Made by a program: the position numbers and the translations under genes. A model generated the notes under the pieces. It made no database searches and was not told where the DNA came from. It was given only the letters and a program-made list of their open reading frames with translations. From the NCBI GenBank assembly GCA_964106645.2, contig OZ067049.1: a stretch of 64,000 nucleotides of DNA; one strand, written 5' to 3'. Source of the stretch: Podarcis pityusensis (Eukaryota). How positions within the stretch are numbered: the first letter of the stretch is position 1; each line of letters begins with the position of its first letter. Positions 1-11,036 of the stretch are shown piece by piece.

Positions 1-66
1 ACTACACTGTTTTTCTACTGTAGAGGGATGAATTATATTCTTTCACTGCCTCACACTTAATTAAAA

Positions 67-93
67 TCTCTCTCTCTCTCTCTCATACACACA

Positions 94-134
<41 letters not shown>
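67..134. repeat. Compound (CT)n/(CA)n microsatellite
   Basis: Visible dinucleotide runs just downstream of the exon 24 donor. Confidence 0.95.
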
Positions 135-140
<6 letters not shown>

Positions 141-170
141 AATTAACTGAGCAAGGACTACTTTGCTTAC

Positions 171-311
171 GTGGTTTGTCAATGGAATACAAGATGAGGT
201 CTTCCCACAGTTCTGCATCATCTTGCTCCTTAGCAAATTCAATAGCCTTATCCACATCGTATAATTCCTCCATGATCATCTTCAGAGCACTTCGACTATT
301 GCCCATTCTGC
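171..311 (-). CDS. VPS41: VPS41 exon 24 equivalent, (S)RMGNSRSALKMIMEELYDVDKAIEFAKEQDDAELWEDLILYSIDKP
   Basis: 141 nt, tag/gtaagc; overlaps ORF 61..306(-); the gene continues past the window start. Confidence 0.97.
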
Positions 312-641
312 CTAAAATGACAAAGGAAACCAGGAATTGTGAAAGAACAGCACACCGCCACCAAGCTAAGCTAGGCCTCAGGGTTTAGGGGAAACAACAT
401 CCTCTGTTATAAGGTCTAAAACCTTTTCCACTTCCGGCTTATATTTTAATAACACGAATGATAAATTAAATTAAATTAATTAAATTAAAGCAATATATTT
501 CAATCCCATTGAAATACATGGGTCCTGTGTATGTCTTAATAGTTGCTTGCTGGACTGAGCGACATCTGTGATTTGTGTCCAGAGATGCAGGTTCATCCTA
601 CAACTAAAGCCAGACTTTTTTGGGGTGGGGAGAGCAGACTA

Positions 642-726
642 AGGTTGCAATCCTATACAGACGTACTGGGAAATCAGCCCCACTGAAGTCAATGGGACTC
701 GAGAAAACATGCATAGGATTGAGCTG
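642..726. mobile_element. Short palindromic squamate MITE-like repeat (gcaatcctata...cccactgaagtcaatggga...cataggattg)
   Basis: Imperfect inverted ends; related copies near 17700, 18140, 28030 and 58220. Confidence 0.6.
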
Positions 727-964
727 GGAAGCTCAGTACGCACTAACAAGGTACAGCACAGGCCATTTCAGAATCAGGATGTGCCCCTGCAAGGTTTTAA
801 CCTGAACTGCCCTGCAGGACAAAAGGACCCCAGACAAGGTCATGCTCAGCAGCATCTCCTTAACAGCCATGGCCATCATTGAGCAGCAAGGACAGGCACA
901 TACATGGCATTGGTGGCAAGAAATCATGGAACTGAAGGGTTAGAAAGGATCCCCAAGGGCCATC

Positions 965-1304
965 TCAACTAGGGCCAGGGCCTTTTCAGTACAGGCCCCG
1001 ACTTGGTGGAAAGCTCTGTCCCAAGAGACCAGGGCCCTGCGAGACTTGACATCTTTCCACAGGGTCTGCAAGACAGAGCTGTTCCACCTGGCCTTTGGTT
1101 TGGACTCAGTCTGACCCTTATGTTTCCCTCCCCTTATGGTTTTGATCTATGGGCTACTTTTAAAATGAGGCTGCATTTTAAATTGTATTTTTAACCTGTA
1201 TTTTAAATTGTTTTTCCCCCTCCCCTATTATGTTTTTATTGTAATTTTACTAGTGTTAGCTGCCCTGAGCCCGGCTCTGGCCGGGGAGGGGAGGGTAGAA
1301 ATAA

Positions 1305-1335
<31 letters not shown>

Positions 1336-1366
1336 CTTCTTCTTCTTCTTCTTCTTCTTCTATTAT
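965..1366 (+). mobile_element. L2/CR1-group LINE 3' end (family A) with (TTC)n tail, inserted into a CR1-type tail
   Basis: Encodes RAFSVQAPTWWKALSQETRALRDLTSFHRVCKTELFHLAF; 3' motif gctgccctgagccc...gggagggtagaaataaa; the flanks rejoin as a CR1-like tail (aagggccatct|agtccaaccccctgc). Confidence 0.8.
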
Positions 1367-1702
1367 CTAGTCCAACCCCCTGCATTGCAGGAATCTCAAC
1401 ATCCTTCCATGCAGATATCTGCCACAGTCTTAAGAATCTGCATTTTTCAAAACCAGGACTTTTATGTCTGGGTTGATAGATGGTACCTAGAGCTTACACC
1501 AGTATGGGATCATAATATTGGTTTTAATATCTCTGGGTTGGGGGGGGGGGCATTTAAGACACCTTGCCTGGTCATGAGCTTTTAGGATCAGCAGGGATAC
1601 AATGTAAGAACCTGTTCCGAGAAATACTCAGTTGAGGATGTCACCTTTTAATAAAAACAAAACCACCAGGTCATTGCTATTAATCAAAATGCAGCTACTT
1701 AC

Positions 1703-1757
1703 TCAAAAGATAAACGGTCTCTTCTACAAAGTTCCTTTGCTGACAGATTTCAAGAGC
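1703..1757 (-). CDS. VPS41: VPS41 exon 23 equivalent, ALEICQQRNFVEETVYLL(S)
   Basis: 55 nt, cag/gtaagt, ends in phase 1. Confidence 0.97.
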
Positions 1758-2371
1758 CTGGGATTTCAAAAGGAGAAAATTAATATGACCACAACTTAAG
1801 TTATCAACCAGCCTGTCTCTGCCGTAAATTAGCAGGACAGCCCCTGTACCCATTTACTCAGAAATAAGTCGCACCAAGTCCAGTGGAATAACAGCCAAAA
1901 AATATCACCAGTGCTCCCAAAGTACTTTTCTATAAAGGCACATAATTCATGTAACAGAAACAGTAAATATTTATAAAAATATGGACTAAGAATAAAAGAA
2001 AAGTAATTACAGCCAACATCTGCTTGAGTTTCTTAAAGAACAACACTACCAAAGAATGAAACAAACCTATAAGTCATGCATTGTTCCCCAAATAAAGGTT
2101 TTCTAAAGTATATTTCATAACTACAGAATCTCCTGAATTTTTTTTTATCAAGCTCCATGTACAGAAGCTAATGCTTGCCTTCCTAAATGTGGAAAGGAAA
2201 TCTGACACCCCCCCAGTTTAATGCTAGTCTGTGCAGCATAATTGAGCCAGACGCTCTCTATTTCTTGTGTACCTCAAGAGGCTGCTGTGGAAATGGAATG
2301 GGATGGCCACCATGTATGAGCTTCTTGGGCAAAGGGGCTGCATGCCTACGTGATTAATAACCGGGGCTATA

Positions 2372-2684
2372 GCTCAGTGGCAGAGCTTTCGTTCTGCATG
2401 CTGAAAGGCCGCAGGTTCAATCCTTGCCATCTCCAGACTGTCCCCTGCCTGAAGGCCTGCAGAACAATTGCCAGGCATTGTGTTTCTCAAACCCTGGGTC
2501 CCCAGCTGCTTTTGGACTACAGTTCCCATCATCCCTGACCACTGGTCCTGATAGCTAAGGATGATGGGAGTTGTAGTCCAACAGCAGCTGGAGAGCCAGG
2601 GTTTGAGAAACACCGCATGTAGACAATTCCGAACTGGAAAGACCAATGGTCTGAACTTGGGGTGAGGTGCCTAGGTTGTCCCTA
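2372..2684 (+). mobile_element. tRNA-derived squamate SINE (Squam2-like) split by a palindromic MITE
   Basis: A-box tagctcagtgg and B-box ggttcaatcc; the body resumes after the insert (gtagacaattccgaactggaaagaccaatggtctga). Confidence 0.75.
2478..2615. mobile_element. Palindromic hAT-like MITE (TIR gtgtttctcaaac)
   Basis: Near-palindrome ggactacagttcccatcatcc / ggatgatgggagttgtagtcc; related copies near 3730, 10280, 14525, 36990 and 54060. Confidence 0.75.
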
Positions 2685-3222
2685 CAATAATAAGCATGTC
2701 CCTTGCCCAGACAGATAAATTCCTGCATTTCATCAACATTTCATTCCACGCTCACACGACAAACACCTCAGTCATAATTGTAACCAAAACATCTGGTGGA
2801 GTGAACAAAAATCAGGGGGCGGGAATTAAATATTAAAAACCTCAAATAATATTAAAATTAAGAACAGGATGAAAAACGTGTCTGAGTCATCATGGTACTT
2901 AAAGTCAAGATCTAAACCAATGTGGTTTTCATGCTTTCCAGCAGATGGCAGCATAACACACAGAGTAGCCAGAATAAGTCCGGTCACAATTGCAAACTGA
3001 AAAGCCACAGTTGGTAACAGTTTTGTTGAGATCAAGTAAAATGTGACAAAGACATGGGTGGGTGGGATGGGGGAACCTTGCAATTGGAAAAAGAAGAAGG
3101 AAAAGAAAAAGAGAAAAAGAAAAAGAACTTCCCTAAACCCACTGCTAAATAACCAACAGCTTTAATATTTATCAAAGAAAATAGAGAGGGGGAAAAGATA
3201 TTTTTAAAGGATTTTTCCTCAC

Positions 3223-3360
3223 CTTTTCTAAAGGGCAGTGTGTGCTGTCTCTGAGAAATGGAAGTAAATTTGGCCGGTCATATTCAGCATACAGACTGAT
3301 CTGTTTCTCATGGTACTTTTGTCCTTTGTGATGGTCTCTCTTGAACAGCTTGTGCAGGTA
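3223..3360 (-). CDS. VPS41: VPS41 exon 22 equivalent, YLHKLFKRDHHKGQKYHEKQISLYAEYDRPNLLPFLRDSTHCPLEK (clathrin heavy-chain repeat region)
   Basis: 138 nt, tag/gtgagg. Confidence 0.97.
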
Positions 3361-4264
3361 CTACAAAATCAACCCAAAGAACAGAAAAACTGAAACATCC
3401 ATGATATATATGGCCACAGGACCAAACAGGTGCTCCAGACTAATCTTATCTTAACACCTGACCCAAGACCTGCAGCTCCAAAAGTGCAATTCCCCAAGGA
3501 AATGGAGTAAAATACTATTGCGTCCAGGCATTACAGGCCCCTCTAGCATTGCTGACCAATACCAACATGGGGAATGAAGTGATGGTGTGTTTGTGGTGGG
3601 GGGAGATTGCATCAAATTATCCATAGTGGGAAAGAGCTGATTACCTTTCCCCAGCCCTAGCAATTCTTTTCACAAATAACCTCACTCCAGGCACTACTTT
3701 ATTCCTCCGAAATCTAGCTGCAAATGCAACTTGCACGCTGGACTCAAGAGGTTGCTGGCCTCCAACTCCCATCAGCCCCCAGCCAGCACAGCCAATGGCC
3801 AGAGGAGGTGGGAGCGGTTGGCATTTGAAAGGGAGAATCAGTGGAGGATAGTTAAACACGCCTCTCACCCTCCACTCCTGGTCCAGGAAAGAATCCGTAC
3901 CCTGATCTGTACCCTGGAACCACGCAAAGCTCATCTTGTCTGCCCCCTGGTCCTAAGCCACAAAAGACAGCTTGAAGTGGTAGGTCTTATAATACCCTTG
4001 AAAGGCGCTCAGGCTAGGATGTGGCTGACTATATCCAGAGACTGGGAAGGAGCAGCCTCCGAAAATATTTCACTTTGCAACAGTGATGCCTTAACATCTG
4101 TTGCTGATGCACAGGCGTGTCCTTGGTATATCTCGGGGGCTATAACAGAACACACACAGGGAAGGAGGGAGGCTTTTTGCTAGGCTTGTCCTGAAGTGTT
4201 TTGGATTCATACAGTGATAAATCTTACTTCTCTTGGGAGCATGGACAGCTGTTTTACTACAGAG

Positions 4265-4688
4265 CATGGTGGTCCAACACGCAGCCCAGGAGCCGTATTC
4301 GGCCCTCAAGGCCTTTTTTTTTGGCTGCCCTCAGCAACATTTGACCCCCAGGCCCCCCCAGCTCTTGCGCTGCCTTCCCAAAGCCAGGTAAGAGAGGTGC
4401 TGGGATTTGGGAAGTAGGAGAAAGGCTCTGATTGGGGCCTGGAGTCCTTCAACCTCCAAAGCCTAGTTAGCACTTCCCCAGCTTTGAGAAGAGGGTGGAA
4501 GGGCTCTAGGACCCTGCCAGAGCCTCACACCTCCTTCCCAAAGCCCAGTGCCTCACTTATCCTGTTTTGGGAAGGCAGCATGAGTCAAATGACCTTGTGC
4601 TTCCCCACCTTCCTGACAAGGGTGTCCTGTGGGTTCCGCATCGAAGTACTCTCGCAGCCCACTTGGTATGAAAAGTTGGGCTGCCCTG
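4265..4688. mobile_element. Non-autonomous hAT element with a large internal inverted repeat
   Basis: 8-bp TSD ctacagag/ctatagag; termini catggtggtccaac / gttgggctgccctg; inner arms gctgccttcccaaagccagg / cctgttttgggaaggcagc. Confidence 0.7.
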
Positions 4689-4963
4689 CTATAGAGGGCC
4701 TAGCGAGCACAGATTTTGTGGGCAAAACATTTATTTTACTCAGTGTGGTTCCTTACTGACGTGACTAATGAAATGTCTCCCCACAACCAGCGTCTTTTGA
4801 GTGTCAGTTATGAAAGTATTCTCCACCACGCCAATTGCAACACCGCTGTTGGAAGTTGGAGACCTGTTCAGTTGCCATTGAGGATATTTATCAGTTCATG
4901 CCTCTGATTGCACCAGGAACACACCTGTTGAAATCTGCACGGAAACCTTAAACCGCCACTTAC

Positions 4964-5014
4964 CACATGCTGCAATTCAGGCCTGTTTTTTAATTCTTCC
5001 ACCACTTTATCAAT
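4964..5014 (-). CDS. VPS41: VPS41 exon 21 equivalent, IDKVVEELKNRPELQHV
   Basis: 51 nt, tag/gtaagt; 122-nt intron to the preceding exon. Confidence 0.96.
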
Positions 5015-5136
5015 CTAAAACAAAAAAGAGATAAGATACGAAAAGATAAGAAAAGTTGGCTTCTGGGCCAAATCTCTTGCTCACAGAGAGGGATAGGAAG
5101 TAGCCAGCCAAAACATAACGAAATGGTTGTACTCAC

Positions 5137-5178
5137 AGAGATCTTGTCTTCATTATCCAAAAGCATGTCAACTGCTTT
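5137..5178 (-). CDS. VPS41: VPS41 exon 20 equivalent, KAVDMLLDNEDKIS
   Basis: 42 nt, tag/gtgagt. Confidence 0.96.
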
Positions 5179-5602
5179 CTAAAACAAACAAAATGCCCAT
5201 GGCAGATAAGAGATATGTAAAATCACAATTTAACACAGTTATATGTACATACAGATTTTGAACGAACTTCCTCTGTCTTATGAAAAAGAAAAAAATGCTA
5301 TGCAGTTTATAGTGTGTGTTGGGAAGGAGACAGCAGGACTGTCGGTGGAAGAACAAGATGCTTGCTGGTTTTATTACAATATGGCTACAAGCCCCGGCGT
5401 ATGTGGGGCTTCCACAGCCAGCGAAGACAGATGGTGCTTGATGAGAATGCAAAATGCTTTCCGGAATTTGGCTGGCAGTGGAAGAGTGTCACATGTGCTG
5501 GATCTATATAGGCATACAGAACACGTATTAAAGGTGAAAGCCATAACAATGCAAATTCTCTGCGTAAACTCCTATTAAACTAAACTAAACACAATATTTA
5601 GT

Positions 5603-5803
5603 TACAGATGGGTAGCCGTGTTGGTCTGCCATAGTCGAAATAAAAAATTCCTTCCTGTAGCACCTTAAAGACCAACTAAGTTAGTTCTTGGTATAAGCTT
5701 TCGTGTGCATGTATCTGAAGAAGTGTGCATGCAAACGAAAGCTTATACCAAGAACTAACTTAGTTGGTCTTTAAGGTGCTACAGGAAGGAATTTTTTATT
5801 TCG
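5603..5803. mobile_element. Penelope-like element (PLE): inverted pseudo-LTR pair with hammerhead motif
   Basis: 12-bp TSD acaatatttagt (5591-5602 / 5804-5815); 78-bp inverted arms; same sequence as the PLE terminus at 22330-22428. Confidence 0.85.
5711..5748 (+). ncRNA. Minimal type-I hammerhead ribozyme-like motif (PLE-associated)
   Basis: gtat-CTGAAGA-a-gtgtg(catg)caaac-GAAA-gc-TT-atac: stem I gtat/atac, catalytic core, palindromic stem-III stub. Confidence 0.6.
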
Positions 5804-6720
5804 ACAATATTTAGTGGCTTTCATCCCAAGGCCTCCTCAAGGCTATGTTCACCCTCAGGAAGGGGGGCTGAAGATCTGCACAACTCATTATTGCAGTGCT
5901 CTTTTCACTGCAGTTAGAAGTGAATGGCTCAACCGGGAAACAGTGATGGGAGTTGTAGTCTACAACATCTAGATACTGCCAGAGTTGGTCCTATTTTAAA
6001 TGCTTACATCTGCCTTAAGACGTGAGAAACAGCTGCTGTCACATAAATGAATGCAGGTTCCAATGCTCAATGCCTCTGGCGCTCCCTGTCCAAAGCTTTT
6101 CCAACACTTGAGAGTTTTTGGTCAACTGATCGAAAGCAAAGAGGATTTTTTCCAGGCACACAACTTTATTTTTTGAACACAGGTTAAAGAATGGAGAGCT
6201 TTCACAAGTAGATTAGCCAACGGAAAATTGGGGAAATGGCGAGAATATCTACACTGCATGTGTGATGTGTGCTAAATTAAAACTGTTTCTTCAAACAATT
6301 AGCACTTTGGTTCATTAAGTGACATATTTTGGGGAAAAGGTTATAGGGATCTTCAAAAAGGACCTATTTCAAATTTCACAATGTCTGGATTCCTGCTGTT
6401 TATATTTGGCTCTTCCACCTAGATTTATGGATGCAAATAACACAAAATATGATTTCCCCAAGGTTATATGACTATTTTCTTTTCCTTAATGTCAAACAAT
6501 AAAGGTTTTCCCCCCAAAAGCATTAGGGTAAAAACAAACTCACTGTAAAAAGTTTTTTGTGAAAATATAACCAATTCAGCCATTTGGTGTCGACATTCTC
6601 ACACATCAGTTTATCCAAAATATGAAGTTCACTTGGTTAAATAATATTTTTTCCTATCTGCTAAAATTCTTACAGCCAAGAGTATATAAAAAAAACCCCA
6701 CCACTTTAAAGCCATCATAC

Positions 6721-6865
6721 CTCTGAATCAAACTCCATTAGCAGAACAATTTTGTCCCTGATGGAGCTGAAAAGATTGTGTTTGTGGATCAGCTGGAAAA
6801 CATCTTTATGTCTCAGTGTGAGATAAATTTCAAGGGCCTTTCCGTAGCGTTGGTCATAGGTGTAC
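6721..6865 (-). CDS. VPS41: VPS41 exon 19 equivalent, (L)YTYDQRYGKALEIYLTLRHKDVFQLIHKHNLFSSIRDKIVLLMEFDSE
   Basis: 145 nt, cag/gtatga. Confidence 0.97.
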
Positions 6866-7018
6866 CTGAAAAAGAGGATCATACGTTATGAATAGACCTA
6901 GATGTGGGCCTTTTGAAAAAGTCATCCACCAGCACGGAAATCACAGTTTTGCTAAAAGCTTGACACAAATTGCTTAAACATTGGGCCATCATTTAGAATA
7001 ATGGAAAATACTTTTCTT

Positions 7019-7020
<2 letters not shown>

Positions 7021-7058
<38 letters not shown>
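7021..7058. repeat. (AT)n microsatellite
   Basis: Visible in sequence. Confidence 0.95.
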
Positions 7059-7062
<4 letters not shown>

Positions 7063-7455
7063 AGTAATTGGATGCAATTCTCGGTTCTTCATTGTTCTTG
7101 TGTACTGGACACCAATGACCCATAACCCAGGGCCCATCTTCTCATTAAGAAACATTTCAGAGGTTGCCACAAGCTTCACACAAACGGTGAAGAATTGAAC
7201 TTCAACACAGGGATATTTGTAGGGGTGTATTTCCCTTCACCTAGACATCCTTATAAAGGCTTTCTTTTGGGTAGGGGTGCGGTGGGAACACGATGACCTG
7301 GTTCATACGTCACAGTAAACCAAACTATGGCTTCCTGGAACCATGCAAATAAATCTGGGCTGCAGCTCATGGTCAGCAAGGAGAAAGCTTAGCTACAAGT
7401 CTGGGTTGGGATGACACGCAGAGTCAAACCTTGGCTTAGCTCAGTACAGTATACC

Positions 7456-7804
7456 AGTATACCTGAAGGAGCGTCTCCACCCCCATCGTTCTGCCCGGAT
7501 GCTGAGGTCCAGCGCTGAGGGCCTTCTGGCGGTTCCCTCATTGCGAGAAGCAAAGCTACAGGGAACCAGGCAGAGGGCCTTCTCGGTAGTGGCACCCGCC
7601 CTGTGGAACGCCCTCCCACCAGATGTCAAAGCGATAAACAACTACCTGACATTCAGAAGACATCTTAAGGCAGCTCTGTTCAGGGAAATTTTTAATGCGT
7701 GACATTTTAGTGTATTTTTGGTTTATGTGGAAGCCGCCCAGAGTGGCTGGGGAAACCCAGCCAGATGGGTGGGGTACAAATAATAAATTATTATTATTAT
7801 TACT
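7456..7804 (+). mobile_element. L2-like LINE 3' end (family B) with (TAT)n tail
   Basis: ORF 7499..7702 RQRAFSVVAPALWNALPPDVKAINNYLTFRRHLKAALFREIF; tail gccgcccagagtggctggggaaacccagccagatggg. Confidence 0.85.
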
Positions 7805-8498
7805 ACAGTACGGGAGTGAAAAAGGCTGGCCAAGAGCAAAATGGCAGTAAGCTTCTCTCTGGGAGCCCAAATGTTCATGTGGTCCCAGTAAGCCACAGTT
7901 TGGCTTACCAAAATGTGCGAGCCAGGCCAACGTGAGAGGAGACTGTCAAGTGACTGTACTTGGCCTGAGGACTGGCAGAGATACTCAGAAAGGGGAGAGA
8001 ATGAAACCATGCTTCCATGTGTAAAAACAAAGTAAAGCAAGAGGGTTCTCCCACTGATTCCACCGCTCAGTGTCCGGCTCCATTGAAAACAAGCGAAGAT
8101 GCCAAAGGCTGAGGATGCGATCTCAGAGAGAAGGTTGGCAAGGAAGGAGGGATGGATGAGGCAGGTTCTGACGATGACAAGGTGCTCAGCAAAGGGCTGA
8201 CATGAATGTTAGGGCTTCATGGGTTCTGGTATGAGCTGATTGGCAGTATACATGCCAGTGTTCATGCCCATGGCGTGCCCCATACGGCAGCACCTACCCT
8301 TGTTTGCAAGGGGTGCAGAACACCAGCGAAACAGGAAGGAAGGTGCAGAAGGTTCTGATTTCTGGGTGCCCCAGTCTGAGACTCTGTCTCTCCCGTACCT
8401 TGCAAAACACCCCTTGAGTAATACACTCCAAGGCTAATTTCAATTTTAAAAATGGCTTCCTTATGACATATTCTGTTCTGCTTTCCCTAGTGCAACAG

Positions 8499-8535
<37 letters not shown>

Positions 8536-8711
8536 TCAGCATCGCCTTTAAGCCAGTGCCACCAACTGGACTCATCCACTTCAGCCCCGACTGGGCTAGG
8601 CGAGCTGGGTAGCACTTCCAGAGACCACCTTCTGCACAGGAACAGGTCTAAGTGCTGTGGACTCACAGCTTAGAGTTGTGAGCACCGGATTCACTTCTAC
8701 AAGAAGACAGT

Positions 8712-9034
8712 CGTTGCACAGCAGAGTATAGCAGAGCATAGCAGAGCATAAACGACTCGGAGAGCAGCTCTGTAGAATATCTTCTTTATTCTATGTACAA
8801 CTATTATAATACAAAACTATATACAGAGCTAAATGAGGTCTAAACGAAAAATGCTGAACTGCACTGAGTGTCTGCAGCTGCTCTTAGCAGCAACCTTATC
8901 TATACACACGATCTCTCTCTAATACTCAGTCTCTCTCTCTCTGACACTCTCACTGACACTTTGATGTGAGGCTGGAGCGGAATAAGTAGAGAGCAGAAAC
9001 CGCCCCCTCCTCTCTGGAGAATCAGCAGAGAACA
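8712..9034 (-). mobile_element. Possible solo LTR
   Basis: Ends cgttg...aaca (degenerate TG...CA); AATAAA on the minus strand near 8785; weak TSD acagt/tcagc. Confidence 0.35.
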
Positions 9035-9065
9035 TCAGCAGATTCTTGGATATGGGAGGGGTGAA

Positions 9066-9069
<4 letters not shown>

Positions 9070-9132
<63 letters not shown>
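9070..9132. repeat. (CA)n(GA)n microsatellite
   Basis: Visible in sequence. Confidence 0.95.
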
Positions 9133-9135
<3 letters not shown>

Positions 9136-9322
9136 ATGCAAACCTGCCCAGCCACTGTGAAATAAGGGGTGGGAGAAGCATAAACTAATTCTCTGTAGAG
9201 ATAAATGTGTAAAACCCTGGCAATCCAAGGAAGGGAACTGTAGTTAAACATGCTCAGTTCTTTAAAGAACATAAAGTGAAACAATCTCTCAGGGCAGCCG
9301 TTCAAACGTATTATAGACTTAC

Positions 9323-9450
9323 AACTCTGCAAGAGTTTTCAGCAAGGTCCTGTTCTGTGGATCTTTCTTCAGATGGTCCACCACTGCTTGGACAATGATT
9401 GCGTTGTTATAAAGGTTCCCAGGCCACTCCTTAATTAATGTTGCAAAACC
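9323..9450 (-). CDS. VPS41: VPS41 exon 18 equivalent, GFATLIKEWPGNLYNNAIIVQAVVDHLKKDPQNRTLLKTLAE(L)
   Basis: 128 nt, aag/gtaagt, ends in phase 2. Confidence 0.96.
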
Positions 9451-11036
9451 CTTGAAATGGAAAAAAAAAATCAGTCATCATTCATCAACCGGTGCATGAA
9501 ACTTTAAAAAAAGCAAAGCCATTGCCTAAAAAGTTGAAGATCTTCCCAAGTGGTGAGAATAGCCATACCACTCCCTGTTTCCCAGGATTTCAAGTGCTGA
9601 AGTGCTATAAAACTCTGTTCACCACACAAGTTGGGTGATATCTATCTATCTGGATCACGAAGTGGTTCCCTTCACCCACTGGTAAGCTACCTTTAGTAAG
9701 TGTTTGGCTGTATTGACCCAAGGTGATTTATGTGCAGGAATATATATAGGAGAGCCTGCTATTGAATAAACGAAAGTGTTTTCCATTCCCCACCCCCTCT
9801 ATTCTGGGGTGCTTAAATTACTGAGACATTTGACATTTTTCAAATATAGAATCCAGAGAGTATGGAGATGTTACCTTTACTATTATGAATAACGAAGTGG
9901 AACTAAATTGTCACACTTTAGAATAATTGAACAGAGGAAGAAAGTAATATTCTGCTTATTTCAATTCTCCCAGAATAGTTATAAGATAATACACTCCCAA
10001 GACCATGGAAGAGCAGGTCATTGATTATTCATGCATTTATTTGCTCATTTTACAGTTCCCTTTGTTTTCACTTATCACTGCTGAAGTTAACCTGCAAGTA
10101 CTTTGGAGACTATTGTGCTGTTTGCGGCACAAATGCAACACAGCCGTTTTTCATTTAGTAAAACAGATAACTCAACAAATTTATATAAACTGTTGCCTAT
10201 TCCAGCCTGCAGTCAGACAGCTTCCTGAACACTCCTATGTTTTGCAGTATTCTTCTGTATACCGGATAACACTGTACAGCAGCCTTTGGCAACGTGGTGC
10301 CCTCCCTGCACACACTGTTGGCCTACAACAACTCCCATCAGCACTAGCCAGCAAAGGCTGATGGGAGTTGTAGGCCAACAATATCTGGAGGGAACACGGT
10401 TGCTGAAAACTGGTGCAGAATTCAAATCGAATATGTTGAGTGGGTTCTTTCGCATTTCGAGGTTTTATGACATAAACTGCTCTGGGATTTTTACATGGTT
10501 GCATATGAATGAACCAATAAACAGTGTTCTTGCATTTTTATATTGCCTTAGAGTGCAAGTGGTACTGCGTGAAGTAGGAAGGACGGACCATGCAAGGGCT
10601 CTTGCCAGCATCCAGACTGCAAAGGTTTTTCTCCTTGCTTAGTGTCATGTGGTCACTGTCAGTTTTTCAAGGGAGAAATTCTTCATTGGCTGAATGCAGC
10701 CCAATGATCTTACACTGCTTTAAGGGTACTCTACGTAGTATATACATAGCTGCGATGGCATCAAGGATTCTGGGTGAATGTAACAAGAGCAGCAGCTGTG
10801 AACCGCACCATTGTGCTATACCAGGAAGCAGAGTGGCAGCTGCTGGCCACATGAAATTATACTGGCTGCTGTGTCCTTACAAGATCCTTGCCTGGCTCAC
10901 AGTGCTGACGCTGACTGTTGGTTGACAGCCATGTATCTTTGTGACAGCAGCTATGCCTCACCCCAATCTCTGCTTTACCACTGCGCTGCTAGCTGCTATT
11001 CGCTGTCAATGGCATTCAAGAGAGATAATGTGGTAC

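Noticed and set aside
2372-2435. tRNA gene
   Set aside because: A and B boxes are present but there is no complete cloverleaf, and it continues into a SINE body seen three times in the window.
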